Shown: positions 63,163-64,000 of the stretch, piece by piece
Layout: every line of letters starts with the position of its first letter
Numbering within the stretch: the stretch's first letter is position 1
Source: Felis catus
Taxonomy: Eukaryota
Length of the DNA: 64,000 nt
Reading direction: 5' to 3'
Assembly: GCF_018350175.1 (NCBI RefSeq)
Contig: NC_058368.1
Location: 120,902,001-120,966,000 of the forward strand
Notes under the pieces: generated by a model
Told to the model about the DNA's origin: nothing
What the model saw: the letters and a program-made list of their open reading frames with translations, nothing else
Database searches by the model: none
Position numbers and translations under genes: made by a program

Positions 63163-64000
63163 ATATCCTTTCTCTTCTTAATGTGATGTATCACATGATT
63201 GATTTGAGGATATTGAACCAGCCCTGCAGCCCTGGAATAAATCCTACTTGATCATGGTGAATAATTCTTTCAAAGTATTGTTGGATCCAGTTGGCTAGTA
63301 TCTTGTTGAGGATTTTTGCATCCATGTTCCTCAGGGAAATGGTCTGTAGTTCTCCTGTTTAGTGCTATCTTTGTCTGGTTTTTGAATCAAGGTAATGCTG
63401 GCCTCATAGAATGAGTTTGGAAGTTTTCCTTCCATTTCTATTGTTTGGAACAGCTTCAAAAAAATAGGTTTTAACTCTTCTGTAAATGTTGGCAGAATTC
63501 CCCTGGACTTCCCCTTGCCATTAAGCCCTGGACTCTTGTTTGTTGGGAGAGTTTTCACTACTGATTCAGTTTCTTTACTGGTTATGTGTCTGTTCAAATT
63601 TTCTATTTCTTCCTGTTTCAGTTGTTCTCCCCCTTTATCTTTCTCTCTGTGTCCTCTCTCTGCAAAAAATGGCTCCCCACCCTCCACAGCTTTTCTCTCC
63701 CCCAATTCACCTCTCTGCACTGTGTACCTGCCAAGTTCTGTGGCTCAAGTAATGCAGATTGTCGTGTTAATCCTCATCAATTTCTTACATGTTCAAAATG
63801 GTTTGGCGCTGATCTAGCTACTTTGCAGGGACGAGACAAGCTGAAGGTCCCCATACTGCTCTGCCATCTTCACTCCTCCACTGGTGATCATTTCTAAGTG
63901 TTAACAATTGGCATTGTATAAGAGGAAGGGGCAGGGCTCTGAGGCCTGTATTTACCCAAGGGTTATAGAGTGTGGCTTCTTCCAATGGGATGAAGTAGCA

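Larger units (their letters stand above)
60604..63879 (-). mobile_element. Internally deleted L1: 5'UTR start fused to mid-ORF2, intact 3' end
   Basis: 63624-63879 reverse complement (ggaggagtgaagatggcagagc...) is homologous to 17481-17740; 60604-63623 is homologous to 22185-24930. Confidence 0.93.

Noticed and set aside
60584..63902. Possible degenerate TSD ttggtatagtctttaggggtt / ctggtgatcatttctaagtgtt for the deleted L1
   Set aside because: Only about 14 of 22 positions match with a gap, far worse than TSDs of similar-aged insertions here
1..64000. Host protein-coding gene or novel multi-gene system
   Set aside because: No non-TE ORF with recognisable homology, no non-L1 CpG island and no consistent exon chain; the window looks intergenic or deep intronic

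Overview
Eukaryotic, mammalian, repeat-rich non-coding DNA, almost certainly felid (cat family). It carries about 28 tRNA-derived Can-SINEs of the SINEC_Fc type, several LINE-1 elements of different ages, and degraded eutherian repeats (MIR, L2, MaLR/ERVL LTRs, hAT MER elements). I found no host protein-coding exon, RNA gene, CRISPR array or prokaryote-type system. Almost all ORFs in the track are L1 fragments, SINE read-through or chance ORFs. The main landmark is a full-length but inactivated L1 (17480-24933, +) with TSDs; it splits a MIR and itself carries a young SINE in ORF2. The most unusual structures lie at the right end. First, a ~400-bp MIR-containing segment of non-L1 DNA with a short A-tail and TSD is inserted inside an older L1 (59321-59716), consistent with an orphan transduction or templated insertion. 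Second, an L1 has the first ~255 bp of its 5'UTR fused directly to mid-ORF2, missing ~4.2 kb, and shows no TSD (60604-63879). Repeat family names are from memory of consensus sequences and need RepeatMasker/Dfam confirmation. I do not see a convincing new biological system, only unusual retrotransposition and rearrangement events.
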